From NCBI GenBank assembly GCA_963827235.1, contig CAWHAE010000012.1, forward strand, positions 1,248,001-1,312,000: a stretch of DNA of 64,000 nucleotides, given 5' to 3'. A program made the translations under genes and the position numbers. Under the pieces are notes generated by a model. That model made no database searches. It was not told where the DNA came from and saw nothing but the letters and a program-made list of their open reading frames with translations. This DNA comes from an uncultured bacterium (GTDB taxonomy: Bacteria; Chloroflexota; UBA5177; JANWHV01). Positions 19,423-28,639 of the stretch are shown in pieces. Position 1 is the first letter of the stretch. Each line of letters opens with the position of its first letter.

Positions 19423-20535
19423 GTGAGCGTGAAGAGTACGGTGCGCGGGGCATGGGCGACGCCTGGCTATTGGCCGGCCATACTTGTAGTCGGACTGATG
19501 GTGTCGAGCCTGCCTGGATTCGCCGTGCAAGCGTCTGCGGAGCAGGCGATCCCGGCCGCTCGCATAGCGGAGCCTCGGCCTCAGGTGCTTGCCTTGGCCG
19601 GTGCTGCCGGCAGGGCGGGGCGCCAGGAGGACCCGGCCAAGGCAAGCACCTGGACCTGGCGTAGCCGCGCCTCCGGCACCACCGATGACCTCGATGGCAT
19701 TGCCTGCCCAACCAGCAAGGACTGTGTCGCGGTGGGTGCCGACGGCACGATCTTGACCAGCGCCGACGGCGGAGCCGGTTGGAGCAATCGCCGCAATAGC
19801 GCCGCTGGTGACCTGGTCGGGGTCACCTGCCCGACCCGTAGCACCTGTCTGGCGGTGGGTGCAGACACTATCCTGACCAGCACCGACGCGGGCACCAGCT
19901 GGCGCCGCCGCTCCTTTCCCGAATCCGCTCCGTTGGCGGACGCCGCCTGCCTCTCGCCGAGTACCTGCGTCGTGGTGGGGTGGACCGGCACGCTCTTGGT
20001 CACCACAGACGGCGGCAGCACCTGGCGCCCGCATCCCACCCACACCGACGCGAATCTCAACGGTGTCGCCTGCCCGACCAGCAAGGCGTGTCTGGCCGTG
20101 GGGTGGAATATGACGAGTGGCACAGTCCTGGCGACGCTGGACGGCGGCGCCAGCTGGCAGAGCCGCACGTCGGGCACGTCTGGTACGCTGAGCGCCGTCA
20201 CCTGTCCGGCTCCGTCCGCCTGCCTGGCCGTGGGCGATGGCGGCACCGTGCTCACCAGCGCTGACAGCGGCGTCACCTGGCGGAGCCGCCCCTCGTCCAC
20301 CGTCAAGTCCTTGAACAGCGTCGTGTGCTCGGCGCGCAGTGCTTGCCTGGCGGTAGGCGGCAGCCTGAGCACCGGCACTATCGTGGTCAGCAGTGACGGC
20401 GGCTCAAGCTGGCACAGTGTCCGCTCCGGTACCGGCAACGACCTCAATGGCATCGCCTGCCCTGTTGCCGGCTCGTGCCTGGCCGTGGGCGATAGCGGCA
20501 CTATCCTGGCCGGCACCGACCCGAACGTCGGCTGA
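19423..20535 (+). CDS. Secreted YCF48/BNR-like 7-bladed beta-propeller with a C-x5-C pair in each blade
   Basis: Hydrophobic signal region, then seven ~41-44 aa repeats W....SG...L.GVACP....CLAVG..GTIL.S.DGG. Start codon uncertain. Confidence 0.85.
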   Translation: MSVKSTVRGAWATPGYWPAILVVGLMVSSLPGFAVQASAEQAIPAARIAEPRPQVLALAGAAGRAGRQEDPAKASTWTWRSRASGTTDDLDGIACPTSKDCVAVGADGTILTSADGGAGWSNRRNSAAGDLVGVTCPTRSTCLAVGADTILTSTDAGTSWRRRSFPESAPLADAACLSPSTCVVVGWTGTLLVTTDGGSTWRPHPTHTDANLNGVACPTSKACLAVGWNMTSGTVLATLDGGASWQSRTSGTSGTLSAVTCPAPSACLAVGDGGTVLTSADSGVTWRSRPSSTVKSLNSVVCSARSACLAVGGSLSTGTIVVSSDGGSSWHSVRSGTGNDLNGIACPVAGSCLAVGDSGTILAGTDPNVG

Positions 20536-20595
20536 AGGCACCGGAGGCTGAGCTGCGTCGCATCGCCGGTGCCCGCGGGATGTCGGCGTTCGTCA

Positions 20596-20672
20596 ACGAG
20601 GCGGTCCGCCAGCAGCTGCAGATGGCTACGGTGAGCGTCAAAGTGCTCTGCCAGCCGCTCGTGGTCGTCCAT
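20596..20672 (-). pseudogene. 5' stub of an ECF41/SigJ-type sigma factor
   Basis: GAGGAGGG RBS, then MDDHERLAEHFDAHRSHLQLLADRL, resembling the ECF41 N-terminus (LAE.FE.HR.HL..vAYRmL). The rest of the gene is missing. Confidence 0.6.
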
Positions 20673-20690
20673 CGCGGCCCTTCCCTCCTC

Positions 20691-20752
20691 GGTCACATTT
20701 CATCGCCGCTACCTGTCAGAGTAGTGACCGGCGGAATGCCGACGGTGTGACA
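20691..20752. promoter_or_regulatory. Two face-to-face ECF41-type promoters
   Basis: Plus strand GGTCACA-N16-TGTC (20691-20717); minus strand TGTCACA-N16-GGTC (20752-20726). The ECF41 consensus is TGTCACA-N16-CGTC. Confidence 0.7.
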
Positions 20753-20782
20753 GCGCGAGAGTTGCGAGGGAGCGGATACGGT

Positions 20783-21196
20783 ATGAACGCGCACGTCAGC
20801 TCGATTCTTCTTGGTGTCAGGGATATGGAAGCATCCAAGCGCTTCTACACAGAGGGCCTGGGCTGGAAGGTCCAGAATGACTGGGGCATCTCGGTGTTCT
20901 TCGTGCCACACGGCGGGTCGCTCGTGGGCTTCTACGGCCGCGATGGCTTGGCTGCCACCGTGGGGGTCAGCCCAGAGGGCACGGGCTTCAGCGGCGTTGT
21001 TCTGAGCTACGTGGTCCGCAGCGAGGCGCGGGTCGATGCGATCATGGCCGAAGCCCAGGCGGCCGGCGCCATGATCCTCAAGCCCGCCGAGAAGCTGCAG
21101 TGGGGCGGGTACGGCGGTACCTTCGCGGACCCGGATGGCTACATCTGGCAGGTCGGATACAGCGCGCAGGGAACGGATCAGCCCTACGCGGAGTAG
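20783..21196 (+). CDS. VOC/glyoxalase family protein
   Basis: ILLGVRDMEASKRFY..GLGW and WGGYGGTFADPDGYIWQV motifs. Confidence 0.9.
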   Translation: MNAHVSSILLGVRDMEASKRFYTEGLGWKVQNDWGISVFFVPHGGSLVGFYGRDGLAATVGVSPEGTGFSGVVLSYVVRSEARVDAIMAEAQAAGAMILKPAEKLQWGGYGGTFADPDGYIWQVGYSAQGTDQPYAE

Positions 21197-21653
21197 TCGC
21201 CGCTGCAGGGGCCGGCTCGCTGGTCGACGGTAGTTTCGAGGTTCGTCTCCGCGCGGACATGCCGGAAGCCGGGCGGCAACGCATGGCAGCTGCTGCCCGG
21301 TCTCCGGTACATCGCGGCACGAGCCAGCTCCGCAGAGGGCGTGGGCATTCTTAGCGATCGACTTGCGCGCCTCTCACGCGGTTGTGGCCGGGCCAACGTA
21401 GTCTGCGTTGGCGGCGGCGGCGGCTCGACAAGGCCCCCAAAGGTGCCTGACGATGCGGCCCACGCCGCCGTCGGCGTCGCTGGATCCGTTTCGGCGACGC
21501 AGGCGTCTGTCGGTGGCGGCACTCACGCAACGCGCATGCGGTTGTCGTGCATGCTGCTCAACTCAGGACCAGATGGGGAACGTCGTTCCCAATAACTGCT
21601 GCTGCGTTTCATGAGCCGCGTTCGCGATAGCCGAGTCCGGGTGGTCCAAGTAG

Positions 21654-22509
21654 GCACATATTGTTGACAGATTGGTCGAATCACCAAACCAACCACAGCG
21701 CATGCTGCTTCTCGACACGCGCAGCGGGCGCATCCTGCACGTGTTTCCCGGCGCGAGCGAGCCCTTTGGCCTAACAGACGACGGCACGGTGGTGACGCGG
21801 CACCCTCGATCCGGCAGGGTGGGTCGTCGAGTCAGACGGCCTTAGCGGCTCGCGCGCTCCGGCGTACTTCGGGGCTCACGACTTGTTCAGTTTCTCTGCG
21901 TCTATCACGCAGTGGCTCGCCGTGCCTGGGCAGCGTCTCCAGGCCGCCATAGGCATTCCTCCCCAGGTGCACGACACCGTGCTCTACCTATTGAATACTC
22001 GTGATGGACACCTGCGCGCGTACTCGGCCCACGGTGGCAATCCTCTTGGCGTCGCGGCAGATGAGAGTACCGGTCGCGTGTTCGTCGCCTCCGGCCGTCA
22101 AAGCGACGGCTCTGCCGGCGTCTGGACACCAGGCGCCACGCGTGGGGGCGTCTCGCAGATGCCGCTGGGAGCGGGAGGGGATGACGTCACGCTCGCCCTG
22201 AACTCGCGTCGACACCTTCTGTTGGCTGTCGCATGGTGGTGGCCCGCTGGTCCACCGGCCACCATCCATCTCCAAATCCTGGACACCCGGACAGCCCAGC
22301 TCCTTGGCGGAGTGACGCTGGGTAAGGGCTACCCACTAGAGTTAGCAGTTGATCGCCAGCGTGGCCGCTTGTGGATCCTGGAGAGCCTGTCGCCGTCGCG
22401 AGTGCTCGATTGGCTGCCGACCCAGCTCCGAAATCTAGTCGGGCTGCCCGGGCAGAACTCTCGCCTGACAGCGCCCGCTTTACAGATCGTCGACATCAAG
22501 CACGTCTGA
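21654..22509 (+). pseudogene. Decayed YncE/YVTN-like beta-propeller, 5' part lost, frameshift near 21820
   Basis: MLLLDTRSGRILHVF..PFGL...HPRSGRV switches frame into WVVESDG; downstream blades AADESTGRVFV, ILDTRTAQLL, LAVDRQRGRLWI. Confidence 0.6.
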
Positions 22510-22597
22510 AATGACAAGAGAGTAGTGTCTCGATCCTTCTTACCGCAGGGCCCGGCTCGTGCACCCGACTGTCTGACCCTTGGTCGGCACGGGCGGG

Positions 22598-23665
22598 CTA
22601 ATGAAGCTGCAGCGTAGCTCGTGCCGTCCCAGCGACGCCAGCAGCGGGAAACCAGACCAGCTGCCAGTAGAGCAGGTGGCGGCCGGCGTCGCCTACCGCC
22701 TCCGATGCTGGAAGCTCCATGGCAAAAGTCACGTGCCCGCCGGGCACTACCGGCGCCACGCCGTGGCAGTTGAGCACATAGAGGGCCGGGCCTCCCGGCC
22801 CCTTAGGATTCGGGTCGAGCAGCTCTGCGTAGCTCGGGCAGCGGGCGGGAAAGGCCAGCGGCACCGCGCCACGATTGGCCAATAGAACGCTGTAGCGCAC
22901 TGCCTGCCCTGCCCGTGCGAACGCCGGCACCACCAGGCGCACGTCATAGCGCGGCGGCGGTGGCGACGGTGGCGCTGCCACGACGATATCTCCGACACTC
23001 ATGTAGTCTTGCGACTCGAATGACAAGGCGGCGAGCGTGTCGTTGCAGGTTCGCATTCCGGCTGGGTCCTGGACCGTCAAAGCGCCCCCGTGTGCCGGGA
23101 GTAGAACGCGGAGACGGACGGGCTGTGGCGACCACCGACACGCCCCCACTTCCCCGCCCGAGAGGACAACCAGCGTCGCCTGGCCCGGCTCTCGAATCTG
23201 CATGGGCGCAGGGGCGTGGAGCAGGCCATGATGCGCTAGCAGTGTCACCCGCTCGGGCGCAGACGCTACGGCGGCTGAGGCCGCGAGAACCCGCCCGGCC
23301 GCGGTGACGAGCCTGAGCTGCGGATGGCCGCTCAGCGTGCACGTCGTCGCCGTATGGTTGCCAAACACGAAGATACTGACCTGCTGCGCGCCGGTAATGC
23401 CCTGTTCACCAATAAACGCGCCATCGAGCGCTGACGCCCGGCACGGCAGGGTCCCAGCTGGCGCCGGCACTGGCGTGGCCGGGCCCGCCGCAGTGGGCGA
23501 AGCCGCCACCTCGTAGAGCCAGGGAACCGCCGTAGTTGAAGCAGTTGCGGCGTGCTCCTGCGGTCGTGCAGTGCGACTGGGTTCGCCAGCATCGGCCCGC
23601 ACGGCGAAACCGACTCCTGCTACCGCGACTATCAGGCACGCGGCCCGAAGGATCCACCCTACCAT
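22598..23665 (-). CDS. Secreted DUF4232-domain protein with a C-terminal Ig-like region
   Basis: Signal peptide (ADA), P/T/A linker, C.AS.L...G.TG...F.N....CTLSGHP.L.L DUF4232 signature, paired Cys. Confidence 0.8.
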   Translation of the reverse strand: MVGWILRAACLIVAVAGVGFAVRADAGEPSRTARPQEHAATASTTAVPWLYEVAASPTAAGPATPVPAPAGTLPCRASALDGAFIGEQGITGAQQVSIFVFGNHTATTCTLSGHPQLRLVTAAGRVLAASAAVASAPERVTLLAHHGLLHAPAPMQIREPGQATLVVLSGGEVGACRWSPQPVRLRVLLPAHGGALTVQDPAGMRTCNDTLAALSFESQDYMSVGDIVVAAPPSPPPPRYDVRLVVPAFARAGQAVRYSVLLANRGAVPLAFPARCPSYAELLDPNPKGPGGPALYVLNCHGVAPVVPGGHVTFAMELPASEAVGDAGRHLLYWQLVWFPAAGVAGTARATLQLH

Positions 23666-23849
23666 GCCAGACCCTCCCGCGTCTCCCTCTACACGATGCA
23701 ACGAGCAACGGCCAGCGAGCGTTACACGTGCGCCGGCAGTATGGTCCTGGCGCCGTGGCCTCCCAGACGAGCCTTGCCGCTCGACTCGGGTTTCCTAGGC
23801 CCGCCCCTGGCCACGCCGGACGCAGCGCCGCACTCGGTGGAGGTCTCGT

Positions 23850-24053
23850 AAGGTTCTTGATTTGTTCGAGTGCCCGCTGGTGCATGAACGCAAAGCATAT
23901 CCGATCGATGTCCTCACCGCGCTCAAGCTCAAGGATCAGCTCATTCTGCAGCGACAACCAGCGCTCAATTGTGCAATCCACCTGATAGGCAAAGCCTCGG
24001 ATAGTGGCACAGGCGTCTTGGTCGCGGGCCGGACGGAATGGCGGAGCACTCAT
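23850..24053 (-). pseudogene. N-terminal stub of a Cap4/DUF4297-like PD-(D/E)xK endonuclease
   Basis: DACATIRGFAYQVDCTIERWL...LELERGEDID...LEQIK matches GF.YQ...E..ED...Q.K. AT-richer DNA; the ORF degenerates after ~68 aa. Confidence 0.65.
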
Positions 24054-24187
24054 TTGCAGTTAGGTCGCTCCGGCTACGATCCTATGTAACGTTTGTCACT
24101 GCCAGCGTACGGCGAACTCTGCCCGCCGTACAGCGCTGCATAGCCCAAGTCGTCTCGCGCAGTTGCCGGTCGCTTCACTTCGCGTAG

Positions 24188-24791
24188 ATGCGGGTCGTCT
24201 CCAGCATCGTGTGCCCCGGGTGCCGAGCATTCAAGGAGCAGGGCGCCGTGTACGTGTTCACGCGCCCGTCCGGGACGAGCGGCAGCTGGAGCCGGCAGAG
24301 CACGCTCACGGCGCGCGACGGCTGCTTCGGCGACGCCTTCGGCACGTCCATCGCCGCGAGCGACGACGGCTACACGGCGCTCATCGGCGCCTCGAACAAG
24401 GCGCCCGCGCATGGGCAAGGGCCGTGCGGAGCGGCTTACGTGTTCACCCGCGCGCAAGGCACCTGGCAGCAGTGGAGCGAACTGACGGCGGCAGACCGCG
24501 TGGCCAATGACGCGTTCGGCACGGCGGTAGCCCTGAGTGCCGGCACCACCGCCGTCGTGGGTGACTTTTGGCAGAACAGCGTCCAAGGCGCGGCCTACGT
24601 GTTCACGCGTCCCAACAGCGCGAGCAGCACCTGGACGCACGCGAGCAAGCTGACTGCCGCTGACGGCGCTCCCGGTGACTGGTTCGGCGGAATCGATAGC
24701 CCTGAGCGGCGACGACAGCACAGCGCTCGTCGGCGCTTCGGGCAACGATGGTCAAGGCGCGGTCTACGTGTTTGCCCGTTCGACCGACTAG
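24188..24791 (+). pseudogene. FG-GAP repeat (integrin-alpha-like propeller) fragment, 5'-truncated, frameshift near 24690
   Basis: Repeats GAVYVF...W.Q...LTA.D....D.FG.SVA.S...ALIGA. After DWFG the shifted frame gives ESIALSGDDSTALVGASGNDGQGAVYVFARSTD*. Confidence 0.75.
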
Positions 24792-24989
24792 GTGGCACGG
24801 GCCTATCGCGCAAGATATGCGCCCCATACCGGCCACTTCGCTACTCGCCGCGACCTCAGTCACAGAGGCCCTGCTATGCCGGATGGGCTTGCCGGTCAAG
24901 GTGCATAGCTCTTCGCCGGCAACGCAGACCGACATGCGCTCCGCCATGTTGCGCAAGGTTTCACCGTGCTTCGGCGCACCGGCGCTAGA

Positions 24990-25766
24990 CTAGTCCCACC
25001 AGAAGTGCCAGGCTCGCCGGCGCAGGTACCGAGCTGCCAACTCAGCCACAGTGCCAACATTGGGAAAGTTCTGGAACACCGCATCGTGGCAGTAAGCGTG
25101 GTGCTCCCAGGCCAGCTCCAGCGCCGCCGCCGGATCCTGGGGCGGTCGCGCCACAAAGAGTTCCAGGGAGTCTTCCGTCATCGCGACCAGCTCGGCGCCG
25201 TAACGCTCGTGCCACCGCTTGTGGATGGCAACGTGCAGCTCATCACTATTGTATTGCTGACTATCGCCGCCAGTTGGGGCCATCAGCGCGAAGACCATCC
25301 AACTCTCGCGGACGGGCAGCAGAACGACCTCAACTGGTGGCTGCTCAACCGTGACGAACATCTCATCGAGGGCGATGTAGTCTTCTGGGTCGTAGCCCTC
25401 TAGCTGCTCGACATCAAGCCAATCTGGCCATCTGCCGCATACGTCAACGTCAAAGTCCTCATAGCCGCCAGGGTCGTTTCGGTCTGCCATCCACGCGTCC
25501 AAGTCGACTACTGCGGCTCGTGCCAGTAGTTCAGCTGTGGGCACTTCGCTCGGAAAGCAGACGTCGATCTCTTCGCCGACGTTCGGGCGACAGATCACGG
25601 GCCAATGGCCGGTCCGCGCCACTTGAGAGCGCAGGGCGTGCCACACCGCCATAGCTTTGTCATGGGGCACCGCCAGTCTGAAAGCCGTCTGACCGCCGTA
25701 GAGCCGATACTCGGCGCACGGCCAGTAAGTGCCGGTCGCCTCCAATACAGGGAGGAGTTCACTCAT
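24990..25766 (-). CDS. DUF4253 domain protein
   Basis: KRWHERYGAELV.M..D.LEL.V.RPP...AALELAWEHHAYC.D and C-terminal W.FWWD. Confidence 0.88.
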   Translation of the reverse strand: MSELLPVLEATGTYWPCAEYRLYGGQTAFRLAVPHDKAMAVWHALRSQVARTGHWPVICRPNVGEEIDVCFPSEVPTAELLARAAVVDLDAWMADRNDPGGYEDFDVDVCGRWPDWLDVEQLEGYDPEDYIALDEMFVTVEQPPVEVVLLPVRESWMVFALMAPTGGDSQQYNSDELHVAIHKRWHERYGAELVAMTEDSLELFVARPPQDPAAALELAWEHHAYCHDAVFQNFPNVGTVAELAARYLRRRAWHFWWD

Positions 25767-25989
25767 CGACCAACGTAGCTCCCTGGCGGCCTATTCGCTC
25801 TCCATCGCTGCGCGATCCTGCTGACCGGCGCTATCGGGCACAAGCACAGCGCATTTCGCCCTGGCGGCCCATCTCGCTTTGACCGAGATCACGACGCGGA
25901 CGCCAGGGAAGAACATCGTCCCAGACGCGGATTGGCGCTCCGGTGCCCTACCATTCTGCAGGGGCGGTCCTGTTCCCTATCGCTTGCAG

Positions 25990-27216
25990 TTACGGAGCAT
26001 CATGGGCGGCTGAGTGACGATCGGCGCGTAACCCAGCGACCAGTACACCCGTTAGTGCGATCAGAGCACCGGCCAGCGCGAGCGTTGCCGTCGTGCTTGT
26101 CACTTGTGCAACGGCCGCTAGGACCACGCCGCCAGTGATTTCGCCGATGGATTCGGCCTGGGAGAGAAACGAATGCACCGTCGACCGTACGTCGCTGCTC
26201 GTGCGCCGGTTCACCCAGACCACACTGATGGCCCTGGTCACGCTGTCCGCGATCCCTCCCATGAAGAGCACCCCGATCCCGCCGAGAAGCGCGACCGGCG
26301 CGACTGCGAAGACGAGCAAGCCAAGCGCCCCGAGCAAGCAGGCCACGGCGTAGAACCGCCGCGCCACGCCAACTCCGTCGATACGCGCTTCGACGAAACG
26401 AAGCGCCACGAAACCGACGGCCGAGGTCAGGATCCCGAGCAGCGTGTACCAGAGGACGGGGTCGCTCGGAAATCCGAGCGTGAGGAGCTGTTTGGGGTAC
26501 AGCCAGCTCACGACAGCCGCCGCGTTGAAGAGCAGTGTAGCCACGAAGACGAGGAGAATCTCGTGGTCGCGGCGCGACAGGCTCACCCCCCGCTGGAATA
26601 CTGCCCCGGCGGCGGCCCACCGCTTCTCGCGTGTCGGCGCGAAGTACCGTTCCGTGAAGCGGACGGCTACAAAGACGGCGAGCAGGGCCATGGCGATGCC
26701 CGACACTACGATGGCGGTGGCCAAACTCGTCGCCCACGCGAGGAGTCCGAGCGCAGTCATCCCACTGGCCCCGCCGGCCCGATCCCATCGCACACTCGCC
26801 GTGAGGGCGCGGGCAATCCGCTGGGGGTCGTTCAACTCATCGTTCAGCCAGGCGCTATCCGCGCCGTTCAGGCACGCCCAGCCCAGCCCCCAGAGCACTT
26901 GGGTGACCACCAGCGAGGGAAAGGTGGTCACCAGGCCGGTCAGGACCATCCCGGCGCCCAGCAACAGCTGGCCGATCACCAGAGGCCAGCGCCGGCCAAT
27001 CGCGTCGGCCCACACCCCGGCCGGGATGTCGCACACCACGAGCGTGAGCGACATGATCGTGCCGAGCAAGACCAGTTGAGCGGCGGACAGGTGGGCCACC
27101 ACCACGAAGTAGAGGCTCGAGGTGAGGACATAGCCACGATGGAACACCGAGCGCAGATACATCCACCGCAAGAACCTGGTCGTGATCTGCTGGCCTCGCT
27201 CTAAGCTGTGTCCCAT
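25990..27216 (-). CDS. MFS efflux transporter, TetA(P)/Tet(40)-like subfamily
   Basis: About 12 TMs; LSAAQLVLLGT, DIPAGVWADAIGRR.PLVIG, QVLWGLG...GA.SAWL.DE and VRSTVHSFLSQ. Start approximate. Confidence 0.85.
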   Translation of the reverse strand: MGHSLERGQQITTRFLRWMYLRSVFHRGYVLTSSLYFVVVAHLSAAQLVLLGTIMSLTLVVCDIPAGVWADAIGRRWPLVIGQLLLGAGMVLTGLVTTFPSLVVTQVLWGLGWACLNGADSAWLNDELNDPQRIARALTASVRWDRAGGASGMTALGLLAWATSLATAIVVSGIAMALLAVFVAVRFTERYFAPTREKRWAAAGAVFQRGVSLSRRDHEILLVFVATLLFNAAAVVSWLYPKQLLTLGFPSDPVLWYTLLGILTSAVGFVALRFVEARIDGVGVARRFYAVACLLGALGLLVFAVAPVALLGGIGVLFMGGIADSVTRAISVVWVNRRTSSDVRSTVHSFLSQAESIGEITGGVVLAAVAQVTSTTATLALAGALIALTGVLVAGLRADRHSAAHDAP

Positions 27217-27937
27217 TTGTTTGATGGGCTCCACTGTGCATCCACTCTAGCCCGGCTCGCTCGCACCCGATACTCAGGTGTGGGCAACATCGTAGTCCTG
27301 ATCTCTTGGGCAGGTCTATCTCGCCGATAACACTTACCATTGCATTCACCGGTTGCATAAGCACACGGGCCAGCTGGAACGGGCCCGTGTCACTGCCTAC
27401 AGGTTCTCGCTCCGCCGAGCCGAGTCCTGTTGTGCAGCGCGTTGAGATCCGCGCCGGGATCACAAGTGCTTGGCGAGCGTAGATGAACAGCAACTGCACG
27501 CTCGGCCATCGGACTAATCGCCGGCGCTGAAGTGCGTAGTTGCGCGATCAGGAGTCGTGTGGCCGCCGCGAACAGGCTGCCAAGGTTCCGACACTGCAAG
27601 GGGCCCGTGCGTCGGTGGTTCAGGTCGGTCTGGATGTGATCAGTCGTGTACGCGCGTCGGACGTCGAGCCCGCCTTTCGAACCTCATTCTCACGCTAGTT
27701 AAGCCGGGTGGCTCGACTCTCATCGAGACGCGATAGCGGCATCTCGCACGACGCTGTGGAAGTCTACACAATCGGCATCGACACTGCCGCGCTGGGCGAT
27801 ACCACCGACGCATTCGCCGTCATCGCGCAGCGCGTAGAGCGGGAGAAGCGGCTAACAGCGGCGCGCAATTCCGGATACGACGAGCAGCGATCCCGGTTGC
27901 GGGTGCTGCTACCCTGACGATGCAGGGGGCAGAGGCG

Positions 27938-28639
27938 ATGCCGGCGGTACAGGTCAACGACATAGGCGTCCACTACGAGGAGTCCGGCAGCGGCCCACCG
28001 CTCTTGCTGATTGCCGGACTCAACAGCGATCATTCGCTGTTCCGGGTCTTCATTCCGCGACTGGCCGAGCGATACAGGACCATCGTGTTCGACAACCGCG
28101 GCATTGGCCAGAGCACGGGCGCAGATACCCCGTTTACCGTGGAATCGCTTGCCGACGATAGCGCGGAGTTGATACGTGCGCTGGACATCGGGAGCGCCCA
28201 CGTGCTCGGCGTGTCGCTGGGCGGCCGTATCGCCGCCGCGCTCACGCTTCGGCATGCCGCGTTGGTACGAAGCCTGATCCTCGTATCGACGGTGCCGGAG
28301 CCGCCGCCCCGGACGTGGCACCAGCGCTGGGTTGGCCTTGCCCTGCGGCTGCCGTTCATTCGCGGTGCCAATGCCTACCGGGTAGTCCTGCGGCAGCGCG
28401 CGGCGGCGCGGCGCTTCAACTGCACGGATCGGCTGCGCGAGATCGGCGTGCCGACGCCCATCTTGCATGGCAGGAAGGACGCGCTCGCGCCGTATCGCGC
28501 GGTGCGGGACATGCACGAGCGCATCGAGGGCTCAAAGGTTCGGACCTTCCCCGGCGGCCACCTCTTCTTCCTTCTGCGCGCAAGGCAGTTTGTGGACGCG
28601 GTTCTGGAGTTCCTGCGCCCCCTGGATCAGGCCTTGTAG
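27938..28639 (+). CDS. Alpha/beta hydrolase
   Basis: [24 protein letters not shown], nucleophile GVSLGG, HGRKD, GGH. Confidence 0.9.
   Translation: MPAVQVNDIGVHYEESGSGPPLLLIAGLNSDHSLFRVFIPRLAERYRTIVFDNRGIGQSTGADTPFTVESLADDSAELIRALDIGSAHVLGVSLGGRIAAALTLRHAALVRSLILVSTVPEPPPRTWHQRWVGLALRLPFIRGANAYRVVLRQRAAARRFNCTDRLREIGVPTPILHGRKDALAPYRAVRDMHERIEGSKVRTFPGGHLFFLLRARQFVDAVLEFLRPLDQAL

Noticed and set aside
19581-20595. 371-aa ORF as a fused ECF-sigma protein
   Set aside because: Beyond the first ~35 codons it is just the antisense of the repeat propeller gene.
23406-23849. C-terminal part of the 215-aa 'nuclease' ORF
   Set aside because: Read-through into intergenic DNA and out of frame over the DUF4232 gene; low-complexity R/A/G sequence.
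27708-27917. 69-aa ORF upstream of the alpha/beta hydrolase
   Set aside because: No clear RBS or family signal; possibly a remnant.
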